A DNA stretch of 64,000 nt from a phage. This document shows, one piece after another, positions 19,040 through 29,900 of this stretch (positions are counted from its first letter, which is position 1; each line of letters begins with the position of its first letter). Made by a program: the position numbers and the translations under genes. Where the stretch lies: the NCBI GenBank assembly GCA_025812035.1, contig GCA_025812035.1_4719.1; one strand, written 5' to 3'. The notes beneath the pieces are model-generated. The model was not told where the DNA came from. It was given only the letters and a program-made list of their open reading frames with translations, and made no database searches.

Positions 19040-19609
19040 TTAGACGATGAGCGCCCAGGTAGTAAGCACACCGCTTGCGAATTCAAGCTTAAGACGTTTG
19101 CCGATAAGTTGTTGTTGGATCATCTTCTCAGTGGTACGACGATCTTGCTGAACAGCTTTATCGAACGCTTCTTTCGCTTCGGCCTGGTAGAAGTTCGTTT
19201 CTTCGTTTTCATCGATCTCCTCGAGCGTACCCTCGTCGATGTCGGCAAGTTTTACTCGACCGTTCTCATCGGGTTGTTCTGCAGGTTCATTGTCATAAGG
19301 CGTGTCTTTTGTTGGTGCGACACGATGCTGCAACTCGACCTGTGTTAACATGATCTCCATCTCACCATCGATAGGAATGATTTCGTCGGCGCAGCCGTTT
19401 TCGGTCAGCTCTCGACTTTCCAGTAACGTCGTGGTAACAGAGAACACCTCTTCAACAGGAACCTCATCATCGTCGATGGTGTTAACCGTATTGCTGGTAA
19501 CTTCGGCAACAACCATCAAATCGAACGCGTGAGGATCGCCTGGCATTTTGATTCCTGGAAGTTTGTTGAGATACCAAGGATCAAGAATCATGATTTCTGG
19601 ATTGAACAT
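19040..19609 (-). CDS. hypothetical acidic protein (189 aa)
   Basis: ORF track; GAAAGG SD; highly acidic (DDDEVPVEE..., EEIDENEE). Confidence 0.55.
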   Translation of the reverse strand: MFNPEIMILDPWYLNKLPGIKMPGDPHAFDLMVVAEVTSNTVNTIDDDEVPVEEVFSVTTTLLESRELTENGCADEIIPIDGEMEIMLTQVELQHRVAPTKDTPYDNEPAEQPDENGRVKLADIDEGTLEEIDENEETNFYQAEAKEAFDKAVQQDRRTTEKMIQQQLIGKRLKLEFASGVLTTWALIV

Positions 19610-19683
19610 CGTTTTACCTTTCTATGTTAGGTGGGTTGCGGATAGAAGAATCAATGCATAGACTGATTTAAGTTTGTTAAGGT

Positions 19684-20586
19684 TTACTTAGTCTTCGAGT
19701 TACAAGGACTGACCTGTTGTTGTACTCGTTGAATTGTGTCGTAGTACGGGTTAGATTGGTTGAACATGTTGTTGTGTGGATGATAGCCGTATGGCGCATT
19801 TTGCCTTGTTGATGAGAAACCTTGTTGAGAAGGACGATTTGAATTAACCGCGAGTACGTAGTAAACCAAATTTTGACGGTCGAACGTTCCTTCGTTTTTG
19901 AAGGTGTCGGCGTAGGTGCTTATCGCTGGAGCGAGTCTATCACCATCGGCGGTAATAATTGTACCGTCTGGGTAAACTTCACGAACGACGCACCATGTTC
20001 CGATAAGAACGTCTTTGGGTGGCGTATTGCCGTATCCGGTTGTAACGGTAAGGTAAGTATCGAACCCTTCAGAACAACAAGGATGACGATAGATAGGTCC
20101 TGTCATTTCCGTTCTATCGGTATCATCGCATTTCTCTATTGAGAGCGATGATGTGTCGGTTTTGAAATTGTCAAATTCTTTCTTTAAGTCGATTACAGGT
20201 TCTTTCGTATAGTACTTCTTGATTGCTTTGACGTAAAGATCAGGAACGGTTGTCAGCATTCCGTTATACCTGATTCTCAGGTTTTCGAGTAATCCAAAGA
20301 TACTCGCGCATGCTTGTTCGCGAGGTTTTGTAAGATAAGAGATCCCCCCAGGAACGCTGGGATCTTTGAGAAAGAAGATTGCGTTATTGTCGTTGTGTGG
20401 TGCATTGAAGAAAACGATTGATTCGATATATACGGAGCATAGGCTGTCGTTGGCGTCGTCAGATAACACCCAGATGCACTCATCGGTCGTCTTGTTTAAA
20501 AGTTCTGTTTTGTCCACCAAACGTTGTTTCATTGCGAGGAAATGTGCCTGTTGTTCAGCGGATAATTCACGATAAATAGTGGTCAT
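19684..20586 (-). CDS. hypothetical protein, paralog A of a tandem pair (~300 aa)
   Basis: ORF track 19684..20664; ATG 20584-20586 with AAGGAG SD; shares IYRHPCCSEGFDTYLTVTTGY...REVYPDGTI core with the next gene. Confidence 0.6.
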   Translation of the reverse strand: MTTIYRELSAEQQAHFLAMKQRLVDKTELLNKTTDECIWVLSDDANDSLCSVYIESIVFFNAPHNDNNAIFFLKDPSVPGGISYLTKPREQACASIFGLLENLRIRYNGMLTTVPDLYVKAIKKYYTKEPVIDLKKEFDNFKTDTSSLSIEKCDDTDRTEMTGPIYRHPCCSEGFDTYLTVTTGYGNTPPKDVLIGTWCVVREVYPDGTIITADGDRLAPAISTYADTFKNEGTFDRQNLVYYVLAVNSNRPSQQGFSSTRQNAPYGYHPHNNMFNQSNPYYDTIQRVQQQVSPCNSKTK

Positions 20587-20671
20587 ACTCGGCTCCTTGA
20601 TTACGATAAGGATGATTGCGGTTTTGTGATGCTGGTAGGGCCCTAAACAAAGGAGCCCTACCAATATTGGG

Positions 20672-21451
20672 TTACTCAGGATCGGCGTAGAAATGATGGG
20701 GATAGCCGGAGTACGATCCCGCGTTACCGGCTATGGATTTTTTCTGGGAATCGACGACGAGCGCATAGAACTGTCGGGAATTTGTTAGCGTTGAGAAATA
20801 AGAGGAAAGGACTTTTTCATTCAACGCATCGCAAGGTAGACAGGTGCGACCGCAAAACGTCACAATACGACCGTCAGGATAGATCTCACGAATCATTCTC
20901 CATTCGCCGATATCAACCGGCGATGGCGCTGCTACAGCACCCGTTATTGTTAAGTAACGATCGTACGTGGTGTGGCATTCTGGATGAATGTAGATCGGTT
21001 GGGTATCAGTGCTTTCGTTTTCTACCTGATCTTTGCTTACGTATACCTCAAGATAAATCGTTGGTAGTCCGGTTAGAACGCCGGTATCGCGACGTTTTTT
21101 GGTAATCCGGGGACGGATATTATCGAGCACACCTTCCAGTTTTTCTGCGATTTCGTCAGCCGGTAATATATACCCGTATGTTGGTTCTAGATCATCATCG
21201 TGACTGAATAAGATACGACAGTCGTTGTTATTTTCTGGTGCTTCAGGCGGAAAGATGATGGCTTGAACCGTATGACGTTCTGCGATATAAAATCCTTCAG
21301 GTCCCTCAGTTTTGGTAAGTGTAAAGGACCAGGATGAATGATCTTCAAGTGATGTGCCTTCCAGGAAAAAGTTCGTCCGGATTGGTGCGTCCCATTTTGT
21401 GATCATATTGGCGTGACCGATAGCGCCTAACTTTTGATAAATATCTGTCAT
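20672..21451 (-). CDS. hypothetical protein, paralog B of a tandem pair (~260 aa)
   Basis: ORF track 20672..21547; ATG 21449-21451 with GAGGA SD; core IYIHPECHTTYDRYLTITG...REIYPDGRI matches the upstream gene. Confidence 0.6.
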   Translation of the reverse strand: MTDIYQKLGAIGHANMITKWDAPIRTNFFLEGTSLEDHSSWSFTLTKTEGPEGFYIAERHTVQAIIFPPEAPENNNDCRILFSHDDDLEPTYGYILPADEIAEKLEGVLDNIRPRITKKRRDTGVLTGLPTIYLEVYVSKDQVENESTDTQPIYIHPECHTTYDRYLTITGAVAAPSPVDIGEWRMIREIYPDGRIVTFCGRTCLPCDALNEKVLSSYFSTLTNSRQFYALVVDSQKKSIAGNAGSYSGYPHHFYADPE

Positions 21452-21506
21452 GATTGTATCCTCGGTTGTTAAGAGAAATTTACAGCGATAACAGTAACCG
21501 TTGTTA

Positions 21507-21565
21507 TCACCTAGGTAATATAGTCGTGAAATAAACTGGATTAACAAGAATAAGACAGCATAGAA
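21507..21565 (-). promoter_or_regulatory. conserved intergenic element, copy 2 (candidate promoter)
   Basis: ~85% identical over ~59 nt to the copy at 59630-59690 (plus strand TCACCTAGGTAATATAGTCGTGAAATAAACTGGATTAACAAGAATAAGACAGCATAGAA); on minus reads …TTGTTAATCCAGTTTATTTCACGACTATATTACCTAGGTGA, upstream of the gene starting at 21451. Confidence 0.4.
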
Positions 21566-21597
21566 CCCTCTCCCAACCCATCAGGGAAGGGAGAGGG
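21566..21597 (-). terminator. hairpin terminator of the CCCTCC family
   Basis: CCCTCTCCC…GGGAGAGGG with inner CCC-ATCA-GGG; followed on minus by TTCTATGCTGTCTTATTC. Confidence 0.55.
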
Positions 21598-21601
21598 AAT
21601 A

Positions 21602-22969
21602 TTAAACGGTTGGACGAACGGTATTGTCTTTTTCTGGTGCAATCCATAACGTGACTGTGCCATGGCATGTCCACTGTGGTTCGCGTACAGATGAACCTGC
21701 CATTGTGACAGCGCAATCGGTGCGCATGATGACCCCGTACGCTTCGCAGAGGTTGTTATCCTGCATCCACACAACTTTAGCGGGCATACCGGGATACAAC
21801 AGATCCATGTTTGCATACTCCCACACCAACTGCATTGTCCTGCCGCGTAATCCAGCAGTATTACTTAATTCACGCCATCGGTTATCGGTTACGCGCCCCA
21901 TCCCTTTCGCCACCTTCACGTTATCGCTACGTTCTTCAGTTACGTACTCGCTGACGTTTACGGTACGACTGATTATCGTATCGCCTCCTTTTGATAATGT
22001 CATTCCCTGACTCATCTGACTTGCCGAAACAAAACGTCCGCCAGCATTACCTAATAGCGAAGACGCGTTATTGATGTCGCTTACCGACGCCCCTCTCGTA
22101 CATGCAATTTCCACGTATTTATCACGATTGATCCAGGTTTTGTCCATACCTGGAAACATATCGGCAGGATAGTTGTAAAAGATAGCTGTACGTCGACCGT
22201 CAGAGAAACGGGTTTCGTCGTATAACGGATAGATATACAGATACGGAGATTGATAATAACAACCGACATCCGCTGAATAAATACCAACCTGGTTCTGGAT
22301 TTTATCTACGAGATCCATTGCGTTGGTACCGTGGGGGAGAATAAGCAATTTGAATGGGTTGTCGTTATTCGGTGCAACGATATCCACACCCTGCATTTTG
22401 AATCCGGTGTCAGCTTCAACCGCAGAAAGTATCTTACTGAATTCGAGTCGCAATACATCCAGAACTTTCGATCCGGTATAGTTTTCACCGGTTTCTGATT
22501 GCATGAAGCTTTCAAGAACAGGATCGAACAGTTGAAATTGAAGATCGACCATTTGTTCGTAGTCTTTCTTCGAAGAATCGGTTGCGGTGCGTTCATCGGT
22601 AGCAGACATACGGCTGTCTACGGTTGTTAAACAAACCGCCCGATAGACATAGGCTTGTGTAGCATCGTCTACGGTTTGGCGTTGTCCACGCATCAGGCTG
22701 TATGCCTGTACGATGACACGCATCTTAAGTTGTTGTTGATACGGTAAAATGTATTTTCCGTAATTGCCTGGTGGGAACTTTACAGAGATATAAAGTTCAT
22801 CTCCTGCGTTACGTTCGTAGTCCCGATACGTGTGGACTTGAGTCACTAAAGGAACAGACACCGTCATTGACGGCGTGATTAATTCCGCGGTGACTTTATA
22901 CGCAACAGCAACTGCCTCCTGCGCAAACGTACCGATATACCGTCCTAACGGCGTCTGTTTGTAATCCAT
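21602..22969 (-). CDS. hypothetical protein (455 aa); last gene of an overlapping five-gene operon
   Basis: ORF track; start 5 nt from the stop of the upstream gene. Confidence 0.6.
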   Translation of the reverse strand: MDYKQTPLGRYIGTFAQEAVAVAYKVTAELITPSMTVSVPLVTQVHTYRDYERNAGDELYISVKFPPGNYGKYILPYQQQLKMRVIVQAYSLMRGQRQTVDDATQAYVYRAVCLTTVDSRMSATDERTATDSSKKDYEQMVDLQFQLFDPVLESFMQSETGENYTGSKVLDVLRLEFSKILSAVEADTGFKMQGVDIVAPNNDNPFKLLILPHGTNAMDLVDKIQNQVGIYSADVGCYYQSPYLYIYPLYDETRFSDGRRTAIFYNYPADMFPGMDKTWINRDKYVEIACTRGASVSDINNASSLLGNAGGRFVSASQMSQGMTLSKGGDTIISRTVNVSEYVTEERSDNVKVAKGMGRVTDNRWRELSNTAGLRGRTMQLVWEYANMDLLYPGMPAKVVWMQDNNLCEAYGVIMRTDCAVTMAGSSVREPQWTCHGTVTLWIAPEKDNTVRPTV

Positions 22970-22971
22970 GT

Positions 22972-23577
22972 TTAACGACTCCGTTGCTGTTGTTGAATGA
23001 TGAACTCTTCGATCTTCGTACCACGGAATTCGCTGTGACGAACCGCTTGCAGTTGTTCTTCAACGGTTGGGCCAGCATTGAGACCGCCACGACGTGCGCG
23101 GTTGATACCGATTCGGCGACGTTGACCGATCTCACGTAAACGTGAAGATAATCCGCTCATCTCAGTAGGGTCTTTAATACGACCACGTGCGACGTTCCAT
23201 AAACCACCCATGAACTCTTCGAGAATACGGCTGGCTTCGAGGGACGGTACTCGCGCGTTAGGATCGTTTTCAAGATTGTATTTAACGTATTCCGTGTGTT
23301 CCAGAAGAAGCATGAACATCTTCATGGCGTTCACGTCAGGATTTGCGATACGCATAGGGACACCACGAGAATGTTTTTCAGCAGCCTGCGGTACAGTGAG
23401 CTGTGCGGGCACCTCTTCGTTCATGGCCATATCGTCGATTTCTGCAACACCTGAAGAGTAGACACCGCTGACTTCGTTGGTGTAATTATCCACCATGAAT
23501 TTACGGGGGATCCAGAATTCGAATTTACGTTCAAATAGACGTTTGGTTGGGGTATCTTTAACGTGTTGTAGACTCAT
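22972..23577 (-). CDS. hypothetical protein (201 aa)
   Basis: ORF track; overlaps upstream gene by 4 nt. Confidence 0.6.
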   Translation of the reverse strand: MSLQHVKDTPTKRLFERKFEFWIPRKFMVDNYTNEVSGVYSSGVAEIDDMAMNEEVPAQLTVPQAAEKHSRGVPMRIANPDVNAMKMFMLLLEHTEYVKYNLENDPNARVPSLEASRILEEFMGGLWNVARGRIKDPTEMSGLSSRLREIGQRRRIGINRARRGGLNAGPTVEEQLQAVRHSEFRGTKIEEFIIQQQQRSR

Positions 23578-24890
23578 GGTTCAATAGCTCCTGCTCGTAA
23601 CAGCATAATAACGAACGGTGTGAAATAGTAACGATCCAGCGGAGAAAGCAATGGCACTGCGTCAACCATCTGCTTCAGTGCCGGATGGCTGATCGCTTTC
23701 TCATCGACCATATCACGTACCATACTCTCAATGATTGTCATCGGGGGTTGGTTGCGATAGAACGCCTCTGTGAAAACATAGTACGGATCGTCTGTTATTG
23801 ATGGAAACAATGGAACACCGTCATACTCCATCGATGTAAGGTTGGTCACCAACGGGTTTGTTGGGGGCGTGATTTCAGGTACAGCCAATTCTTTACCCAC
23901 ATCTTCGCCGAGTGACGTGGTCGCAGGCCACATACAGAATCGCGCACCACTAAAACGAATCCCGCCTGCAGCCGGGTATTGATAGAAACGCTTGGTTGAC
24001 AGCAGTTTGAATTTCACCGTCATCCGCGCTTCGTCTTCCCGACGTCCTTCCATTACCCATTCAAAGACAGAAATCGCATTCGCTTCCTGGTTGTCATCTA
24101 CGTTAAGGCGTCCGAAGTTCCATGATGGTTTTCCTTCAAGTGCCGACCATAATTTCGTAAACGCGTTAACACACCAGGGATCGTAGGTTGCGGCATCTTG
24201 ACCAGGAACCAGCAACGTGTTTAGTTCACGGCTGTAGAATTCATGGTAGTACGCATAACAAAGTCCCAGCGCGCGACGGAGATAATCATACTTACGATTG
24301 TATTTCTCCGTTGCCATTACGGGATGTTTCCCGTGCTTTAACTGGTCTTGGTCGTACAGTGTATCCTCAACGATTTTCGCTTCCAGTTCGATAAGCTGCT
24401 TTTCATCAAGAATACGCTGGAAGGAAATATCGCATTCGTAAGCCGGTGCTAAGCTGATGTTCTTCGGCGTGATTCTGGTGATCGTGTAAACAGCAATACG
24501 ATGATCGAGACCGGAGATTAACAGCATGTTACCTAAAAGGGGAACCGACACCGCCGGAAGTATACATGTACCCTCGGATTGAAAACGTGCGGTGCCGTTG
24601 TCGTACGACGGTGTCAATGACGACATTAACTTGATAGGGTAATGTCGGATACGACGGTATTGTTGTTCAGCGATATCACGGTTAGCTTGAAAACTGCTTT
24701 GTTCATCATCACGACCGAGAATCTGTTCGTAATAATCACATTCTACGGAATAACCGGATGCGTAATTCACCAACCCGATTTGACTGTTGTATTGCTCATC
24801 CACCACCGCAGAACGATAAACATCATCGCGAGCCTTCGCGGGTTGTTGGGGGTTGATGATAGGTTTCGCGGGCTTCTTAGCGAGCGCCAT
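23574..24890 (-). CDS. hypothetical protein (438 aa)
   Basis: ORF track; overlaps upstream gene by 14 nt. Confidence 0.6.
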   Translation of the reverse strand: MALAKKPAKPIINPQQPAKARDDVYRSAVVDEQYNSQIGLVNYASGYSVECDYYEQILGRDDEQSSFQANRDIAEQQYRRIRHYPIKLMSSLTPSYDNGTARFQSEGTCILPAVSVPLLGNMLLISGLDHRIAVYTITRITPKNISLAPAYECDISFQRILDEKQLIELEAKIVEDTLYDQDQLKHGKHPVMATEKYNRKYDYLRRALGLCYAYYHEFYSRELNTLLVPGQDAATYDPWCVNAFTKLWSALEGKPSWNFGRLNVDDNQEANAISVFEWVMEGRREDEARMTVKFKLLSTKRFYQYPAAGGIRFSGARFCMWPATTSLGEDVGKELAVPEITPPTNPLVTNLTSMEYDGVPLFPSITDDPYYVFTEAFYRNQPPMTIIESMVRDMVDEKAISHPALKQMVDAVPLLSPLDRYYFTPFVIMLLRAGAIEP

Positions 24891-26469
24891 AACGTTTCAC
24901 TCCTACGATGGTACCGACAAGAATTCTCGGCACAAATAAACTACGATGTTTGAACCATGAAGCTGTTGTTGGGATACGTTTGATGGCTTCGATAAGCCCA
25001 GTCAACGTATAGCACCCACGGCTGTTCTTCTTAGGCCAGTATTTCTTATCTAAACCTAATACCGCGAACAGTTCATCCACCAGATCGGGATAACAACATA
25101 ATGCTTCAAGCGTCTCAACCTGTAATTGACTTAAGTCTAACAATATCGCCAGACGAACATGGTAATCACTGCGTAAGTCTAACGGATCTTTCGCTTCAAG
25201 ATCACCAACGTCGGTTAACGTCCACGCGTCTCGTGCGTAACGGTATTTACCCTTCCAAACCTCAAGGAAAAACGGAGATTGGTAATGGCATTTTGACCAT
25301 TCTGGATACTCACGAAACCATCGAACAAGATCGGGATGGAACTCGCCTTCTTCGGCTAACGAATCCAACGTCACCAACAGGTTAGGTTGTTCAGGATCGA
25401 TAGCAAGTAATGCAGTGAAAAGCGTGCTTGATGGAAGCTCGGTCTCTACGCTCGATGGAGGCAACCATTCATCCAGATCAGGATACCGATACGCTTGAAT
25501 CGTCGCACCCTGTTCGGGCAAGAACGAATCGCGAAGAATGTCCTGATACTGTACTACCATACCACCACGACGCACGCGGGATTTATCGCGCACCGAGAGG
25601 CTCGGTTTGTAGAGGTACTCTTCGGGGAGTACCTGCTGGTGCACTTGAACGGGATACCGCGCTACGATGTGTGTTGGTGTGTCGTAGGTGTAACGGTAAG
25701 AGAATGTTGCGTTGTACGATGAACTGTTCTCGTTCTTCTCGGGTTTCGGTGCGTCGGTGAAATCAAATTGACCAGAGATCTCTTCCTGCATTTCCCTGAT
25801 AACCAGTTTAACGCTTTTACCATCACCTGCGACTGTCGTCATGGTGGTTGCACGGTTGTCGAATCCGTCTCTAAGATACTCACTGAATTTATCCCCATAT
25901 CCCGCGATTGCTTCTCGGTGCGTGTGAATAACCTTTAACAGCATGAGAAACTGCGTGGGGATCGCATAGCTGTATTCAGCACTGAGAAACGCTGCAACAT
26001 GCTGACTTGTCAACAAGCGTTTCATGTCGTACCACCAACGTTCGGCGGTGACCTGATCCTCGAAACGTTTGGTGATCTGCATGGTCGCAACCATCGTGCT
26101 GTACGCGGGCACTAACGATACGCCAAGGTTACGGTCTTCGAATACGGGAAGACTGTTTCGTTTATAAACGGTGTCGTACATTGATGCCTGTTCTTCAGGC
26201 ACGATATTGAGTTCAATTTGAATAAACCCGTCTGCTGGACCTTTTACATCTTGGTTGACGACCTGCGGTGGTTGCTCGTTTGCGGCGCTCATTTTAGCGT
26301 GAATCGCTTCGCCACGGAAAAGAATATTTTCGCGATTATAATCCCACCCACAAAGCTCGCTAATCTGTCGCAATACTGCGATCGCGATAGGTCGCGTTAC
26401 TGTCGCATACACGTCATTGATTTTTCGATCAAGTTTAGGCATCGGTGTCGTCCTCGCTAAATTCCTCAT
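24877..26469 (-). CDS. hypothetical protein (530 aa)
   Basis: ORF track; overlaps upstream gene. Confidence 0.6.
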   Translation of the reverse strand: MRNLARTTPMPKLDRKINDVYATVTRPIAIAVLRQISELCGWDYNRENILFRGEAIHAKMSAANEQPPQVVNQDVKGPADGFIQIELNIVPEEQASMYDTVYKRNSLPVFEDRNLGVSLVPAYSTMVATMQITKRFEDQVTAERWWYDMKRLLTSQHVAAFLSAEYSYAIPTQFLMLLKVIHTHREAIAGYGDKFSEYLRDGFDNRATTMTTVAGDGKSVKLVIREMQEEISGQFDFTDAPKPEKNENSSSYNATFSYRYTYDTPTHIVARYPVQVHQQVLPEEYLYKPSLSVRDKSRVRRGGMVVQYQDILRDSFLPEQGATIQAYRYPDLDEWLPPSSVETELPSSTLFTALLAIDPEQPNLLVTLDSLAEEGEFHPDLVRWFREYPEWSKCHYQSPFFLEVWKGKYRYARDAWTLTDVGDLEAKDPLDLRSDYHVRLAILLDLSQLQVETLEALCCYPDLVDELFAVLGLDKKYWPKKNSRGCYTLTGLIEAIKRIPTTASWFKHRSLFVPRILVGTIVGVKRYGAR

Positions 26470-26818
26470 CTCCTTGTTGCCGGTATCCAGTATAATGAAT
26501 CAAACTGCTCTGTAAAAGCTCTTTAACGAGCCCTAGACGCGTTTTATCTACGTCGTTAGCCGTTCCTATTAATGTTTCGATTTCGTTGTTTAAAACGGCG
26601 TATAGCGCTTCTAATGGCAATCCCTGAATGATCGGTTTGTTGATACCTTCTGGTAGGGCCGCAACAGGAATCTGCACGACGGTCTCATGCGCGGTATGTG
26701 GGTTAATACGGCAAATATACATACCCGGTAACGAATGTCGCGGACACGCCGCTACCAAACATGTCTGTTGTTGCGCACCGTTAAGTGCGAGTGGAAGAAA
26801 TTTTGCTTCACGTGTCAT
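26435..26818 (-). CDS. hypothetical protein (127 aa)
   Basis: ORF track; first gene after terminator hairpin at ~26871-26890. Confidence 0.55.
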   Translation of the reverse strand: MTREAKFLPLALNGAQQQTCLVAACPRHSLPGMYICRINPHTAHETVVQIPVAALPEGINKPIIQGLPLEALYAVLNNEIETLIGTANDVDKTRLGLVKELLQSSLIHYTGYRQQGDEEFSEDDTDA

Positions 26819-26870
26819 CGCAGATTCCTGTTTGAAAGATAAGATATCACATGATGGTTGACAGCATAAA

Positions 26871-26890
26871 GCCCACCCCGAAGGGCGGGC
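26871..26890 (-). terminator. hairpin terminator
   Basis: GCCCACCC-CGAA-GGGCGGGC (one mismatch); followed on minus by TTTATGCTGTCAACC. Confidence 0.5.
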
Positions 26891-26906
26891 TGTTTATGCG
26901 TACTGG

Positions 26907-29900
26907 TTACTTGTAGGCACCGCAATGTGCTTTGATGAGGAAAAGCACCGCTTGCATCGGCTTATTGAACTGCTGCCATAACGTCAATGCAGGATGGAAC
27001 AACCAATCTTCCAGGCCAAGAACAATACCATAGTTAACGACATTATTAACATCGTTCTCAACGTTGAGTTCGCTATCCAGGAATTTATCGATTGAACGCA
27101 GGGTCTGCATGGCGTTGTCAGCGATGAGCCAAGCCTCATGCGCTTCACGAGCCGCACGTAGCAACGCATCCAGCTCGCTGACGCTGGCTACCGGTAATTC
27201 CTCGCTGGTGAGGTCGTCAGAAACCGTGAAGCTGCGGTTGATACCGGTATAGATCCACTGCATCAGTTTCGCTGCTTCCTCGTTCGGGTTGTTACGCGTT
27301 GTCGCATAGGTTGCGCTCACCTTCACGATATGCGTTTCACCGAGATACGCTTTGGAACCAACACCTTTACGATCGCTGTCTTTCCATGGCTGTACGGTAG
27401 CAACCATAAGCTTATCCCATTTCTGGATAGGAATACGCTTCAGACCAACAACCGAGCCAGTGGACGTGTCGGACTGGTTGCTCTTCCGCACTTCGCTGAG
27501 CTCACGATCGATAGCGACGATTAATTCGCGTGCCATGTTACCGAGCATTTTGATTTCACCCAACGCAGCGATGAGTTTCTTCACATCGGTAACAGGCTCA
27601 CCACCGATGGTAAGATGACGGATGAATCGTTTCAGAATAATCCGTTCCGCAGCTGGGTTACCGTGACGCGCTTTAGCTAGTGCTTGCTGTGTTTCGGCGA
27701 ACAGCTTATCCCATGGAGCCGTAGCAGCAGTGTAGTAACGGTGATTGGTTTCGATCCAATTCCCGATACGGTTAACCGCGTTCTTAACGGTATCCATGAA
27801 TCCTTCCATCGCGATTTCGGTAGCTTCAACGTTACCCCGGAAGTTATCAGGACCGATCTCGCGTGCCGCTACCAGAATACCTTCCACCGCACTTACCGCA
27901 TGGCGACCGATAGCCAGATTTCGCTGTGCTTCTTCAGCACGCTCAACGAATTCCACCACAGCCGGATCGTCAACGATTTCCGCTTCGGCAACAGCACGTG
28001 TACCTGCATCGCCTTCCAACGTCTCGATGGTGACAACAGGATCGTTTTCACCAGCAACGTCCTGATACTCTTCCTGTTTGAGATCGCCGTTATCAGCCGC
28101 TGCGACAGCGGTGAGTATACGGACAGTAACATCGCCGAGTTCTTTCGCTGCGAATCCGTAGACGGTGCATGCTGTTGTCGCAAAGTTCATCAGCGTACGT
28201 GTACGTTTAACGATGTAACCAACACCATAATCGCTACCGCTCTTATCGATGTCGCGGATTAACTGTTCAGCCGTCTCCTGAAGTTGAGTAGCTGCTTTCA
28301 GAAGGTTTTCGTCAAACAGTTTCGTTGATGCACTGATCAGCATTTCAACGCTGACATTGGACGGCACAGCATCGTCCTGCTGTTTCATGGCGCTAAGTTC
28401 GTCACGGAACTTACGAATACCGTCTAAAGCGGCATCGGCGTTATGTCCGAATGCGGCTACGCCCGACATTGTTGTTGCTGACAACATATCCGAATCGGCG
28501 TTTGGACTTTCGCCTTCTTTAAGATCCTTCAATTGGTCGAAGAATTTACGGGACGCGTCGGCAATACGTTTACTGTCTTTGACTGCGTTTACGATTTTAT
28601 CGACCGATTTAGCATCGTTCGCAAGCAGCGTATCGAGCTTGTTCCATTCGACGTCGACTTTCTTCGCATCCGCAGTATTACTCGGCGGAGGAAGCAGTTT
28701 CATCACTGGCGTTGTGCGTTGTTCTTTGGTGAGCTTACCAGCCTTCTCATCGATTTTCTTTTTACTAACACCGAAGAGCTTTCTTAGGCGTGCTACGAGG
28801 GCTTTTAAGAACTTCACAACCGCTTCGTAAACCGACTTCAGGATCTGCTTAAAGCGACCTGGCTGTTTTTCCCCGTCTTCCAGATTGAGATCGCTGTTCA
28901 ATGCGATATCAAGCTGTTTGTACGATTCCATGATGTATTCGTCTTTGATTTCAGGACGAATCTCGAAGCTTTCCATCGGACCTTCAGCCGGACGGAATTC
29001 CATTTTCAGTTCGCCTTGCAGGGTAGGGTCGACAATAGCGATAGCTTCGCCCTGGCCATCCGCATTAAAACGTTCAGCGTAACGAGTACGACGAACGATA
29101 ACGCTCTTATCCCCTTCAAAACGACGTACCACCATGGTGCCTGGAATGTACGGTTGTTCTGTTTCGATAACGGTAACGCCTGTTTCACCTTCACCGAGAA
29201 TAACGGAGGCCTGCTGCTCAACAACAGGAACATCTAAAACACCACGTGCTTCCAGCTCTTGACGAATTTCGAACGACTCTTGTTTCAGATCTTCATCTTC
29301 TTCGTTTTCGTCGTCTTCATCGTCGTCACCTTCGGTGTTTTCATTACCCTCGGTGGTTGTGGTGTCTGTGTTGGTAGGTTCTTCGGACGCAGGTTCGGTG
29401 GTGCTGTCTTCGGCAGGCGTTTCGTCAGCGTTATCGACGTCAACATCACCTTGCAGCTCCGTTTCTTGAGCAACTGCTTCGGCTTTCTGCTCGCCGGTAT
29501 TGCCGTCATTAGCGTCAACAACCGGTTGTTCGTCAGCGACGGTATCTTCAACCTTTTCTACTTTCTCCACGACGCGTTTAATCACGGTGACTTTGATGGG
29601 TTCTTCCGTCGTTTTGGTTTCTGGTGTTACATCGGCTGCCGTGGCTGTTGTTTCAGCTGCAGGTTCTTCTTTTTCCGGTTCGACGACATTACCTTTAACC
29701 CCTTGGGTGGTTTCTGCCGGTTGCGCAGCCTGTTCGATTTGTGCCGGGTTGGTTGGATCGATGGCGTTAGCCGCATCCTGAATCTTGTTCTTCAGGTTGT
29801 CGCGGTCAGCGCTGATGGTCGGGTCATTGGTCACTTTCGGTGCCGGTGTTTCGGTCGGTGCGTTTGCCGGATACGGGTTCTTCGGTTCTTCGCCTGGTGC

